Origin: Cyclobacteriaceae bacterium
GTDB taxonomy: Bacteria > Bacteroidota > Bacteroidia > Cytophagales > Cyclobacteriaceae
NCBI GenBank assembly: GCA_049645705.1
Contig: JBARUK010000004.1
Span: forward strand, 105,873 to 169,872
Direction of reading: 5' to 3'
Length of the DNA stretch: 64,000 nt
The translations under genes and the position numbers were made by a program. Below, piece by piece: positions 55,847 to 64,000 of the stretch. Numbering within the stretch: the stretch's first letter is position 1; each line of letters opens with the position of its first letter. The notes below the pieces were generated by a model. That model saw nothing but the letters and a program-made list of their open reading frames with translations. It had not been told where the DNA came from and searched no databases.

Positions 55847-56724
55847 AAGCCTACGTATATCTCAGGTTCTTCTACTACAGGCAGGGATATCAGTAGCTTA
55901 GTGCCTTTCTTGTAGGCAGGGTTGTAGACTATTTCACCATTTATCAGGTTTAGCTGGCTTTTTACGGCATTGTGCGTCTGCAGGGCCATGGCGGACCTGG
56001 ACTGTGGAGAATAGATGTGCATACTCCGCCTGGTCTGAAAGGTCAGTTCCAATTGTTGCACAGAGGCATCGATGAATATGGTGATCTCGGTTACCCCGGG
56101 TTCTTTGGCCCCGGACATAATCAGCATGATGCAGGTATCGAAGAGCATCATTTCGAGATAAGGACTAAATCTGCGCTGCTCATCAGCACCGGCTATAGTA
56201 ACGATATGACAAAGTTCGGGATGCTGGGATTGGAGCACGTCGGTTACCCCCGTCACCAACCCATTTTGATACAGGGAGGGGTGGTTTTTGCAATGGTCCA
56301 GCAGATTGGCATAAACACTACTCTTTCTGAACTCCTTCAGTGACTCTTCTACCATGGCACTTACCAGGAGGCTTTTCTTAGGTTTATGTGCGTAGCTGAT
56401 AAGCTGTTCTGCACGCTCCAGGGCATTATGAATAGCCGGTATGCGTTCTGTCTTACTCTTCCACCTCTTACGGTGTTGGAGTAAGTTCAGGCAAAACCGT
56501 TCCACACTGTTATGAAGAGAGGCAGCCACATTTGTAGCCCGTCTGTACCTTAGCAGGATCTCTGTTTCTGCAGTAAGTTTTTGCAGATACATCAACTGTA
56601 TCTCAGTCTTAATATCCAGGAGGTCCAGACTTGACTGCCGATGGGAGTAGATCATAGCTCCTAACAGTACTACAAGAAGCAGCATTGTCAGAAGAGTTAA
56701 TATAGCCAGCGGGTACAATTCCAT
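55837..56724 (-). CDS. Hypothetical membrane-anchored protein (possibly a degenerate sensor-like protein)
   Basis: N-terminal TM helix then a helical cytoplasmic region. The C-terminus resembles an ATPase lid only weakly. No H-box found. Confidence 0.45.
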   Translation of the reverse strand: MELYPLAILTLLTMLLLVVLLGAMIYSHRQSSLDLLDIKTEIQLMYLQKLTAETEILLRYRRATNVAASLHNSVERFCLNLLQHRKRWKSKTERIPAIHNALERAEQLISYAHKPKKSLLVSAMVEESLKEFRKSSVYANLLDHCKNHPSLYQNGLVTGVTDVLQSQHPELCHIVTIAGADEQRRFSPYLEMMLFDTCIMLIMSGAKEPGVTEITIFIDASVQQLELTFQTRRSMHIYSPQSRSAMALQTHNAVKSQLNLINGEIVYNPAYKKGTKLLISLPVVEEPEIYVGLNK

Positions 56725-57290
56725 AAGTAGATATAGCTGTTGAGCTCAGTCACTAAGATAACGTATATGTAACAAATTTGTGTTCTGTGCATGATAGACG
56801 GCATGTTACAGACAGGCACATAGAGTGTCCTCAAAACAAATTTTCAGCCCTGAGGTGCATAATATTACCTGTCTTTCTGCTCCGCTTATCGTCCTGCTCA
56901 TCAGAATTATCATGTTATAATTTATACAAAGTTTCCACTGATTATGAAGGTTGGTGCTTCTTATATCAACAGAGCAGGTGTAAAGAAGAACTGCGAATAA
57001 ACCAAAGCATCCGCTTGCTTACCAGTTTGTATTTTACCTATATTTAACTAAGTAAAATACCCTCCGTAGCCACTCTGATTACTCCCCGAACTGCTTCGTC
57101 TTCCCTTCGTAATCATTCCGGTTATGTACCTATCCTATACGCAACCTATAGGTAGAGTAGCCTGACAGCAACTAACGTCATAATACCTATAAATTAAACT
57201 ATTCTAACAAACCCCTACTTAACGTATCTGTAGCCAGGCAAATTTCACTCCGGCTTGGACAGATATCAACATAGCGTTGATCGGAGGTCA

Positions 57291-57318
57291 TAAAAAAAGC
57301 CGGTCTGTATGACCGGCT
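57291..57318 (-). terminator. Intrinsic terminator ending the HlyD-ATPase-FtsX operon
   Basis: AGCCGGTC-ataca-GACCGGCT then TTTTTTT on the minus strand. Confidence 0.6.
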
Positions 57319-57361
57319 AAATTGAAAACGCATTCTGCAAATAGCTTTCCGAGCCTATCGA

Positions 57362-59779
57362 TCACTCATCCTTCAATGTCTTCACAGGGTCCAGCAGAGC
57401 AGCGCGAAGGGACTGATAGCCTACGGTAGCCCAGGCCAGAAACAGGCATAGCACACCTCCTGCACTTATGATCCAGGGACTTATTTCGATCCGGTAAGGA
57501 AAATCGACCAGCCATTTATTCATAAAATACCAGGCCAGAGGTGCACCGGCTACAAACCCAATAAGGACCAAATAGGTAAACTCACGGGTAAGCAACAGGA
57601 CGAGATCCTTTACCGAAGCACCTAATACTTTTCTGACGCCTACCTCTTTGCTCCGGCGCTCTGTGACATAGGCTGAAAGCCCCAGCAGCCCTAGTGAGGT
57701 AACGATTATAGCCAGCAGGGAGAAGAATCCGATCGTACGACCAAATGTGGCTTCCTCCTGGTAGATACGTTGCATGCGGTCATCCACCAGTTCGGCCTCA
57801 AACAGGCGGTCCGGGAAGTAGCTCTTCCAGGTATTTTCCACGGCATTCATGTTTTCCATCAGATCACCCTGACTGAGGCGCACATAAATATACCCCATCT
57901 GATTAAGCTGTTTGGTATCTGCAAATGAGGGCTCAATGGAAATAACGACCGGACCGGTAGGAGCTCTGAGGTTTTTGGCGTGAAAGTCATTGACCACCCC
58001 GATCACCTCCCCTTTCTTCTCAAATAGTAACTTACCGTACTCTCCGTAACTGATCCTTACTTCTGAGTCGAGCGGTGCGCGGTCCTTGACCAGGCCACTG
58101 GCTGTTTCGTTTATCAAAAAGGCCCGCTTGCCATCACTGGCATTATCTTCTGAAAAGGATCTTCCTTCGAGTATATCGAAGCCCATCACCTCGGTAAAGT
58201 CATAGTCCACATAGATGACACCCGGGTCACTTACACCGTCTCCATTGATCTCTGTAGGAATGTTGGATACATAGTTAGCTCCAGGCTCCCACGTAGAGGC
58301 AGTGACTCCTGCTACAGACTGCAGTCCCAGTAATTCTTCTTTAAATACCTCGTACTTCTGTGAAACATTCGAAGCACCCAGGGTGGGTATCTGCAAAAGC
58401 TGCTCAGGTGTATAGCCAAGTTTTTTCTTTTGCATATAGTCTACCTGCTTCACTACGACTATGGTACCGATGATCAGCGCTATAGAGATACAAAACTGAA
58501 GGACAACGAGCATACGGCGTATACCTACACCTCCTACCTGCCGATGCATTAACCCCTTAAACACTACTACGGGCTTAAAGCGGCTGAGAAAGAAGGCGGG
58601 ATAGCTGCCACTGATAATGCCTACTACTACCAGGATAGCCAGCAATGCTGCGTACATCCAGGGGTTAGCATAATCTATGCTTATAGCCTGACCGCTTATG
58701 CCGGTAAATACCGGAAGCAGCAACTCTGCGATCAGTAGCCCTAAGATAAGACTAATCAGTGTGATCAGCATAGACTCGGTCAGAAACTGAGATATAAGCT
58801 GCTCTCTGCGGGCTCCGATCACTTTGCGGACACCCACTTCACGTGCACGGCGCAGCGCCCGGGCGGTGCTCAGATTCATAAAGTTGAAACAGGCAACTAT
58901 GAGAATAAGAAGTGCTACTATACTGAAGGTAGTAACGAAGCGTATGGTACCCTCTCCGTCATTACCAGCACCGTAAAGACGAATATCTTCTAAAGGCTGC
59001 AGTTTAGGGGTAAGCTGGGAGGCTACATCTGCTTCGCGATACCGTGCGGCGAAAGCTTCCATCTTATCGTTCATAGCCGGAATGTCCGCTTCCGGATTGA
59101 CCTTTACGGTAGTAAAAGTATTGGGCCACCACCAGCTATTGTACTCAGAAATATTATTGATCTTTTTGTAATAGCTCAGGGGGGCTACCAGCTCTACATT
59201 GATAGAACTATTGGCCGGATAGTCTTCCATCACCCCGGTTACCCTCAGTTCGTGCCGGTTCTCGTAAGTCAGTATTTTACCTACGGGGTCTTCATTACCA
59301 AAATAACGCCTGGCTACTGTAGAGGTAATAACGATCGAATTCGGATCATTAAAGACAGTAGCCGGATTGCCCTTTGTCAGGGGTATGCCGTAAAAGTTAA
59401 AGAAATTAGAATCTGCATAGCAGAATGCATCTTCCACGAAGATAACAGGCTCTGTGCCGGATTGCTGGTAACTGAAGGTACTGCCATTAGTGGCCAGTAT
59501 GCGATTGTAGCTTTCAACTTCCGGCATATCCTTCTGCAGGCTAGGTGCCGCAATGGCTGCGATCTGAGAGTTGTAAGAACCATCAAACCACAGCTGATTC
59601 ATACGGTATATTCTTCCGGCATCATTATGCATCTTATCGAAGCTAAACTCGAACTGTATACTATGCATAAGCAGGATACAACACGCAATGCCGATGGCCA
59701 GTCCCAATACATTGAGTACGGCAAATACTTTTTGTTTTTTTAGGGTACGGTAAGCGATTTTAAGGTTATTGAGGATCAT
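57362..59779 (-). CDS. FtsX/MacB-family ABC permease (double FtsX domain)
   Basis: 805 aa with the same architecture as the two copies at 16.8-21.6 kb. Confidence 0.85.
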   Translation of the reverse strand: MILNNLKIAYRTLKKQKVFAVLNVLGLAIGIACCILLMHSIQFEFSFDKMHNDAGRIYRMNQLWFDGSYNSQIAAIAAPSLQKDMPEVESYNRILATNGSTFSYQQSGTEPVIFVEDAFCYADSNFFNFYGIPLTKGNPATVFNDPNSIVITSTVARRYFGNEDPVGKILTYENRHELRVTGVMEDYPANSSINVELVAPLSYYKKINNISEYNSWWWPNTFTTVKVNPEADIPAMNDKMEAFAARYREADVASQLTPKLQPLEDIRLYGAGNDGEGTIRFVTTFSIVALLILIVACFNFMNLSTARALRRAREVGVRKVIGARREQLISQFLTESMLITLISLILGLLIAELLLPVFTGISGQAISIDYANPWMYAALLAILVVVGIISGSYPAFFLSRFKPVVVFKGLMHRQVGGVGIRRMLVVLQFCISIALIIGTIVVVKQVDYMQKKKLGYTPEQLLQIPTLGASNVSQKYEVFKEELLGLQSVAGVTASTWEPGANYVSNIPTEINGDGVSDPGVIYVDYDFTEVMGFDILEGRSFSEDNASDGKRAFLINETASGLVKDRAPLDSEVRISYGEYGKLLFEKKGEVIGVVNDFHAKNLRAPTGPVVISIEPSFADTKQLNQMGYIYVRLSQGDLMENMNAVENTWKSYFPDRLFEAELVDDRMQRIYQEEATFGRTIGFFSLLAIIVTSLGLLGLSAYVTERRSKEVGVRKVLGASVKDLVLLLTREFTYLVLIGFVAGAPLAWYFMNKWLVDFPYRIEISPWIISAGGVLCLFLAWATVGYQSLRAALLDPVKTLKDE

Positions 59780-59892
59780 GGCTATGGCAGTTTAATCTGG
59801 CAGAGAAATGGTGCTCCCGGGAGGAGAGTAATAGCCGGGTGGGAAAAGTAAGGAGTGCCGCTGACCGACACTCCTTTAGAGGTTATGGAAGG

Positions 59893-60591
59893 CTAGACGT
59901 GGAAGGACTCCTTGATGTTCTCAGTCACTACCTTACCATCAAATAGGTTGATGGTACGGTGTGCATAGTTGGCATCATAAGGAGAGTGAGTTACCATAAC
60001 GATGGTAGTACCCTGCTGATTGAGCTCAGCCAGAAGTTTCATCACTTCTTCGCCATTCTTGGAGTCCAGGTTACCCGTAGGCTCATCCGCCAGGATGACG
60101 TCTGGGTTAGCAACAATAGCTCTGGCAATAGCTACACGCTGCTGCTGACCACCGCTCAACTGCTGTGGAAAGTGGGTGCGGCGATGCATAATATTCATCT
60201 TATCCAGCACCTCATCCACGCGACGCTTACGCTCTGCGCTGTCTACTTTAAGGTAAAGCAGCGGAAGCTCTACGTTTTCAAACACTGTAAGCTCGTCTAT
60301 AAGGTTAAAGCTCTGGAATACGAAACCAATAGAACCCTTTCGGAGTTGAGCCCGCTGACGTTCAGTATACTTGGCTACTTCTTTGTCCACGAACCAGTAC
60401 TCTCCCGAACTGGGATTGTCCAGCAGGCCAATGATATTGAGCAGGGTAGACTTACCACAGCCCGACGGGCCCATTATGGCTACAAATTCGCCGTTCTTAA
60501 TGTCGATGTTCACATCGTTCAACGCTGTGGTCTCGATCTCTTCGGTTCTGTATACCTTTCTGAGGTTTACGGTTTTAAGTGTACTAGTCAT
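59893..60591 (-). CDS. ABC transporter ATP-binding protein (MacB/LolD-type)
   Basis: Walker A GPSGCGKST, signature LSGGQQQRV and Walker B ILADEPTGNLD. Confidence 0.85.
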   Translation of the reverse strand: MTSTLKTVNLRKVYRTEEIETTALNDVNIDIKNGEFVAIMGPSGCGKSTLLNIIGLLDNPSSGEYWFVDKEVAKYTERQRAQLRKGSIGFVFQSFNLIDELTVFENVELPLLYLKVDSAERKRRVDEVLDKMNIMHRRTHFPQQLSGGQQQRVAIARAIVANPDVILADEPTGNLDSKNGEEVMKLLAELNQQGTTIVMVTHSPYDANYAHRTINLFDGKVVTENIKESFHV

Positions 60592-60613
60592 TTTATAGTA
60601 GGGTTTTTCAGGA

Positions 60614-61864
60614 TCATTTTAATACGATTACTTCATTATCTCCGAAGTTGTCATAGCTACTGGTGATGACGCGGTCGCCGGGCTCCAGTCCTTCGGAAAC
60701 TTCATAGTATTCGGGGTTTTTTCTATTCAGACGGATGTTGCGCTTTACAGCACGCTCTCCATCCTCTTCAAGTACATATACCCAGTTGCCACCTGTTTTC
60801 TGGTAAAAGCCACCTACAGGCAGGAGGGTAGCGGTGGTAGGATCGCTTAGCTGAATTCTTACACGCAGGGTTTGTCCGCGCTTAATATTTTCCGGCTGAT
60901 CTCCTACAAAATGCATATCTACCTGGAACACCCCATCAGTTACAGTAGGGAATATTTTTTCGATCGTCAGTTCATAGTCACCTCTGCTGAAAGAGAATGT
61001 ACCTTTCTGCCCTTCTTTAATTCTGGGCAAATATAGTTCATCTATCGGAACACGCACTTTAAAGCTATCTACTATATCTACCTGACCCAGGCTCTGCCCT
61101 TTGTCTATGGCCTCTCCTATCTCCATTTCAGGAGTAGTAAGTTGTCCGCTTATAGGCGCTCTGACTACGAGGTTGTCGAGTATCCGGCCTACGGCATCCA
61201 GGCTCATCATCATACGGTTTTCCGAGTTTTGCAGCTGGGCGCGCTGTCTTACGATATTTATACTGTCTGTTCTGTAAGCTTTTACAGTAAGCTTACGGCG
61301 GTTCAGTTGATACAAGTAAGGCTCTTCTACTTCTTCAAACTCCCTTTTGGATACTAGTTTCTTCTTGTATAATTCCTGAAAGCGCTCATACTGTGGTCTC
61401 AGCAACTTTATCTGGTAGTCGATCTCTGCAAGATCCTGCTTCAAACGGAGGGTATTCTGGTCCAGGTTCAGTCGAATGTTCCGCTGATTGTTCAGCTGTT
61501 CGTACAGCATGGTCTCACGGTTCATTACATCCAGTTGCAGGTTGCTATTAGTAAGGATCATAATAGTATCACCCCGATCTACCATGTCACCACTTTCACG
61601 GATCAGTTGTTGTACTACTCCCCCTTCTACAGCGTCCATGTAGATGGAGCGTATGGGTTGTACCACTCCCGACCGGGGAATATTTTCCTGGAATTCGCCC
61701 TTCTTCACGGTAGATACTGTAATCTTCTCAGTTTCTACTTTCACTTTTGAGCGATTGTCAGCGAACACAAAAGCATATAACGCAAACAGGACTACAGCTA
61801 CTACTGCACCTATCATGGCTATTTTCTTAACTGTCCACTTCTTTTTCTTAATTACTTGGTCCAT
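60614..61864 (-). CDS. HlyD-family periplasmic adaptor (membrane fusion protein). The ORF track extends to a TTG at 61918, but the ATG at 61864 (MDQVIKKKKWTVKKIAMIGAVV) is the likelier start
   Basis: N-terminal TM anchor, coiled-coil hairpin, and a beta-barrel/lipoyl-like C-terminus typical of MFPs. Confidence 0.8.
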   Translation of the reverse strand: MDQVIKKKKWTVKKIAMIGAVVAVVLFALYAFVFADNRSKVKVETEKITVSTVKKGEFQENIPRSGVVQPIRSIYMDAVEGGVVQQLIRESGDMVDRGDTIMILTNSNLQLDVMNRETMLYEQLNNQRNIRLNLDQNTLRLKQDLAEIDYQIKLLRPQYERFQELYKKKLVSKREFEEVEEPYLYQLNRRKLTVKAYRTDSINIVRQRAQLQNSENRMMMSLDAVGRILDNLVVRAPISGQLTTPEMEIGEAIDKGQSLGQVDIVDSFKVRVPIDELYLPRIKEGQKGTFSFSRGDYELTIEKIFPTVTDGVFQVDMHFVGDQPENIKRGQTLRVRIQLSDPTTATLLPVGGFYQKTGGNWVYVLEEDGERAVKRNIRLNRKNPEYYEVSEGLEPGDRVITSSYDNFGDNEVIVLK

Positions 61865-61900
61865 TTCAGATATAAGCGTTTTCTGGTTTTGACCAACGTA

Positions 61901-61918
61901 AGCCAACAAGTGTGCCAA
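61901..61918 (-). promoter_or_regulatory. Candidate sigma-54 promoter-like element upstream of the HlyD operon
   Basis: On the minus strand: TTGGCACacttgTTGGCt. The GG and GC elements are present, but their spacing is 1 nt longer than the canonical TGGCACG-N4-TTGC. Confidence 0.3.
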
Positions 61919-62200
61919 GATTAAAAAGTGCCACTCCAGCTTATTCTAAGCCCTGTTTTCCACACTCTGAAATTAAGGGTGTCCGCCAGCGCACACGCTT
62001 GTTCGTCTGCGACCAAACCTGTACTATCCGGGATCAGGGTTTAGGCTGCAGTATCATATAATCTACACAAATAATTACCTTTACCGGGTCGGAGAGCGGC
62101 AAATTATCTACTGAATTGTATCTTCAACCTTATTGCGGTACAATATTTGAAATCCCGGAGCACCGGCTGTTGCTAAACCGGATCAATGAATATCTGATTT

Positions 62201-63616
62201 ATGAGTCCATCTGCTAAAAACGGAAAATTTCCAGGGAAAATACTGATCGTAGATGATAACCAGGATGTGCTAAGCGCCGCCCGGTTGTTTCTAAAGAGGC
62301 ATTTTACCAGTATCGATATTGAAAACAACCCTGAGGCCATACCGGCACTTATGAGCAATGAGCAATACGATGTCATCCTGCTGGACATGAATTTCACCAA
62401 GGATGTAAGCAGCGGACACGAGGGTTTTTTCTGGCTGGATAGGATATTGGCCATAGACCCTTCTGCAGTAGTCGTACTAATCACAGCCTACGGTGATGTG
62501 CAAATGGCCGTACGGGCGATAAAAGAAGGCGCTTCGGACTTTGTACTGAAGCCCTGGGAGAATGAAAAGCTGCTGGCCACTATGATGTCTGCCATGCGGC
62601 TGCGCCGGTCTAAAGCAGAGGTGGCCGATCTGAAGGACAAGCAAAAGCAGATAAGTGCTGACATAGACTATCGGTACCTGGACATACTGGGAAAAAGCGC
62701 TCCGATGCAAAAAGTATTCGAAACCATAGAAAGGGTGGCCGGTACTGATGCAAATGTACTGATACTGGGAGAAAACGGAACTGGTAAAGAACTCGTTGCC
62801 AGGGCTATTCACCGGAGAAGTCAGCGGAAAGATGAAGTATTCATAAATGTGGACCTGGGGGCTATCACTGAATCGCTCTTCGAGAGTGAACTGTTCGGAC
62901 ATACCAAAGGCTCCTTTACCGATGCAAAAGAAGACCGGGCCGGACGCTTCGAGGTAGCTTCGGGCGGTACGTTGTTCCTGGACGAAATAGGTAACCTGAG
63001 CCTTCCGTTGCAGGCCAAACTGCTCTCGGCTATACAGGGCAGACAGGTGACCCGGGTAGGGTCTAATAAAAGTCGTGAGGTGGACATACGCCTTATCTGT
63101 GCTACTAACATGAACCTCTATGAAATGGTACAGCAAAACTCCTTCAGGCAGGATCTGCTATACCGGGTCAATACCATCGAGATCATACTCCCTCCACTTC
63201 GCGAAAGAGGTGGCGACCTGGCACTTCTGGCAGAACACTATCTGAACCACTATTCGAACAAGTATAACAAAGACGTGCACTCTGTAAGCCCGGCCGCACT
63301 GAAGCGAATGGAAAAGTATAACTGGCCAGGCAATGTCCGTGAATTGCAGCACGCGGTAGAGCGGGCAGTGATCATGAGCCAGAGCAATGTCCTGCAGCCG
63401 GAGGACTTTTTCTTCAATGCCAGACAGGGCGAAAGCAGTGGTGGTGATCAAAATGATGAAAATATCCAACTCGATCAGTATCACCTTGAGGATGTGGAAA
63501 AGATACTGATCCGTAAAGTGATGAAAAAGCATAATGGTAATATTACCCAGGCCGCTACCGAGCTTGGCCTGACCCGGTCGTCCCTATACAGAAGACTGGA
63601 AAAATATGGCCTATAA
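62201..63616 (+). CDS. Sigma-54-dependent Fis-family response regulator (REC, AAA+, HTH)
   Basis: REC domain (ILLDMNFTKD), Walker A GENGTGKE, ESELFGHTKGSFTDA (a GAFTGA variant), and a C-terminal Fis-type HTH (ITQAATELGLTRSSLYRRL). Confidence 0.85.
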   Translation: MSPSAKNGKFPGKILIVDDNQDVLSAARLFLKRHFTSIDIENNPEAIPALMSNEQYDVILLDMNFTKDVSSGHEGFFWLDRILAIDPSAVVVLITAYGDVQMAVRAIKEGASDFVLKPWENEKLLATMMSAMRLRRSKAEVADLKDKQKQISADIDYRYLDILGKSAPMQKVFETIERVAGTDANVLILGENGTGKELVARAIHRRSQRKDEVFINVDLGAITESLFESELFGHTKGSFTDAKEDRAGRFEVASGGTLFLDEIGNLSLPLQAKLLSAIQGRQVTRVGSNKSREVDIRLICATNMNLYEMVQQNSFRQDLLYRVNTIEIILPPLRERGGDLALLAEHYLNHYSNKYNKDVHSVSPAALKRMEKYNWPGNVRELQHAVERAVIMSQSNVLQPEDFFFNARQGESSGGDQNDENIQLDQYHLEDVEKILIRKVMKKHNGNITQAATELGLTRSSLYRRLEKYGL

Positions 63617-64000
63617 GAATTTCAGAACAGGCGTACTCTGGCGGGTATTGGTGATAGCCATTGTCATATTCCTGGCTTTCATCCTGTACTTTTCCGGAAT
63701 GTATATAAGTACAGGCATAGCCGCTATAGTCGTAGGCGTGCAGTTGTACAATCTGTTTTATTTTGTAGAAAACACAAACCGTAAGCTTACCCGTTTCCTT
63801 GAGTCAGTAAAATACTCAGACTTCGTATCTGGTTTTACGGCGGATAATAAGCTGGGAGACAGCTTCAAACAGCTTAATAAGGCATTTAACGAAGTACTGG
63901 ATGCCTTCCGGGAGCAGCGATCTATCAGTGAAGAGAACGAACTCTACCTCCACACTGTAGTACAGCACGTGACGGTGGGGTTGCTGGCCCTGGATAACAA
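63606..64000 (+). CDS. Probable sensor histidine kinase, N-terminal part only (runs off the right edge)
   Basis: Its ATG overlaps the response-regulator stop by 11 nt. Two TM helices (VLWRVLVIAIVIFLAFILYF, ISTGIAAIVVGVQLY) are followed by a helical linker. The kinase domain is not in the window. Confidence 0.45.
   Translation, partial: MAYKNFRTGVLWRVLVIAIVIFLAFILYFSGMYISTGIAAIVVGVQLYNLFYFVENTNRKLTRFLESVKYSDFVSGFTADNKLGDSFKQLNKAFNEVLDAFREQRSISEENELYLHTVVQHVTVGLLALDN

Noticed and set aside
1-64000. Looked for CRISPR arrays, transposases/IS elements, integrases, phage structural genes, toxin-antitoxin pairs and defence islands
   Set aside because: No direct-repeat/spacer periodicity, no DDE or tyrosine-recombinase motifs, and no recognisable TA modules. 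The window is core-genome-like apart from the EPS locus.

Overview
This ~64 kb segment is Bacteroidota-type chromosome, probably a Cytophagia/Flavobacteriia-like marine organism. Evidence for the taxon: TTG...TAnnTTTG promoters, weak Shine-Dalgarno, large tandem FtsX permeases, TPR/lipoprotein-rich content. It is mostly housekeeping, with one accessory-like polysaccharide locus at the left edge. Left to right: an EPS locus (partial Wzx-like flippase, sulfotransferase, Wzc/GumC-like, PD40 beta-propeller, membrane GT2 synthase); small stress/hypothetical genes (Hsp20-like, DUF937-like, DUF4332-like) beside a YjgR/DUF853 HerA-like ATPase; tRNA-Cys(GCA); rpsA; a MacB-type ABC efflux operon (DUF4097, FtsX, FtsX, ATPase, TolC) with no periplasmic adaptor; a TPR protein; an alpha-2-macroglobulin, YqiJ/NfeD, flotillin, PbpC cluster; an SRPBCC gene; RNase P RNA (rnpB), which is not in the ORF track; an orphan sigma-54 activator lacking a DNA-binding domain; a LuxE/PaaK-like adenylate-forming enzyme; TlpA; a hemL, TPR+PBP, guaA, hisBCDG block preceded by a 29-codon His-rich leader ORF (candidate attenuator); ftsE; transaldolase/Fsa; SRP RNA (ffs), also not in the ORF track; M13 peptidase; a 33-aa bTHX ribosomal protein, also untracked; and a second MacB-type system (HlyD, ATPase, FtsX) next to a sigma-54 two-component pair. 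I found no CRISPR array, no transposase or integrase, no phage genes and no recognisable defense island. Most antisense ORFs in the track are shadow ORFs.
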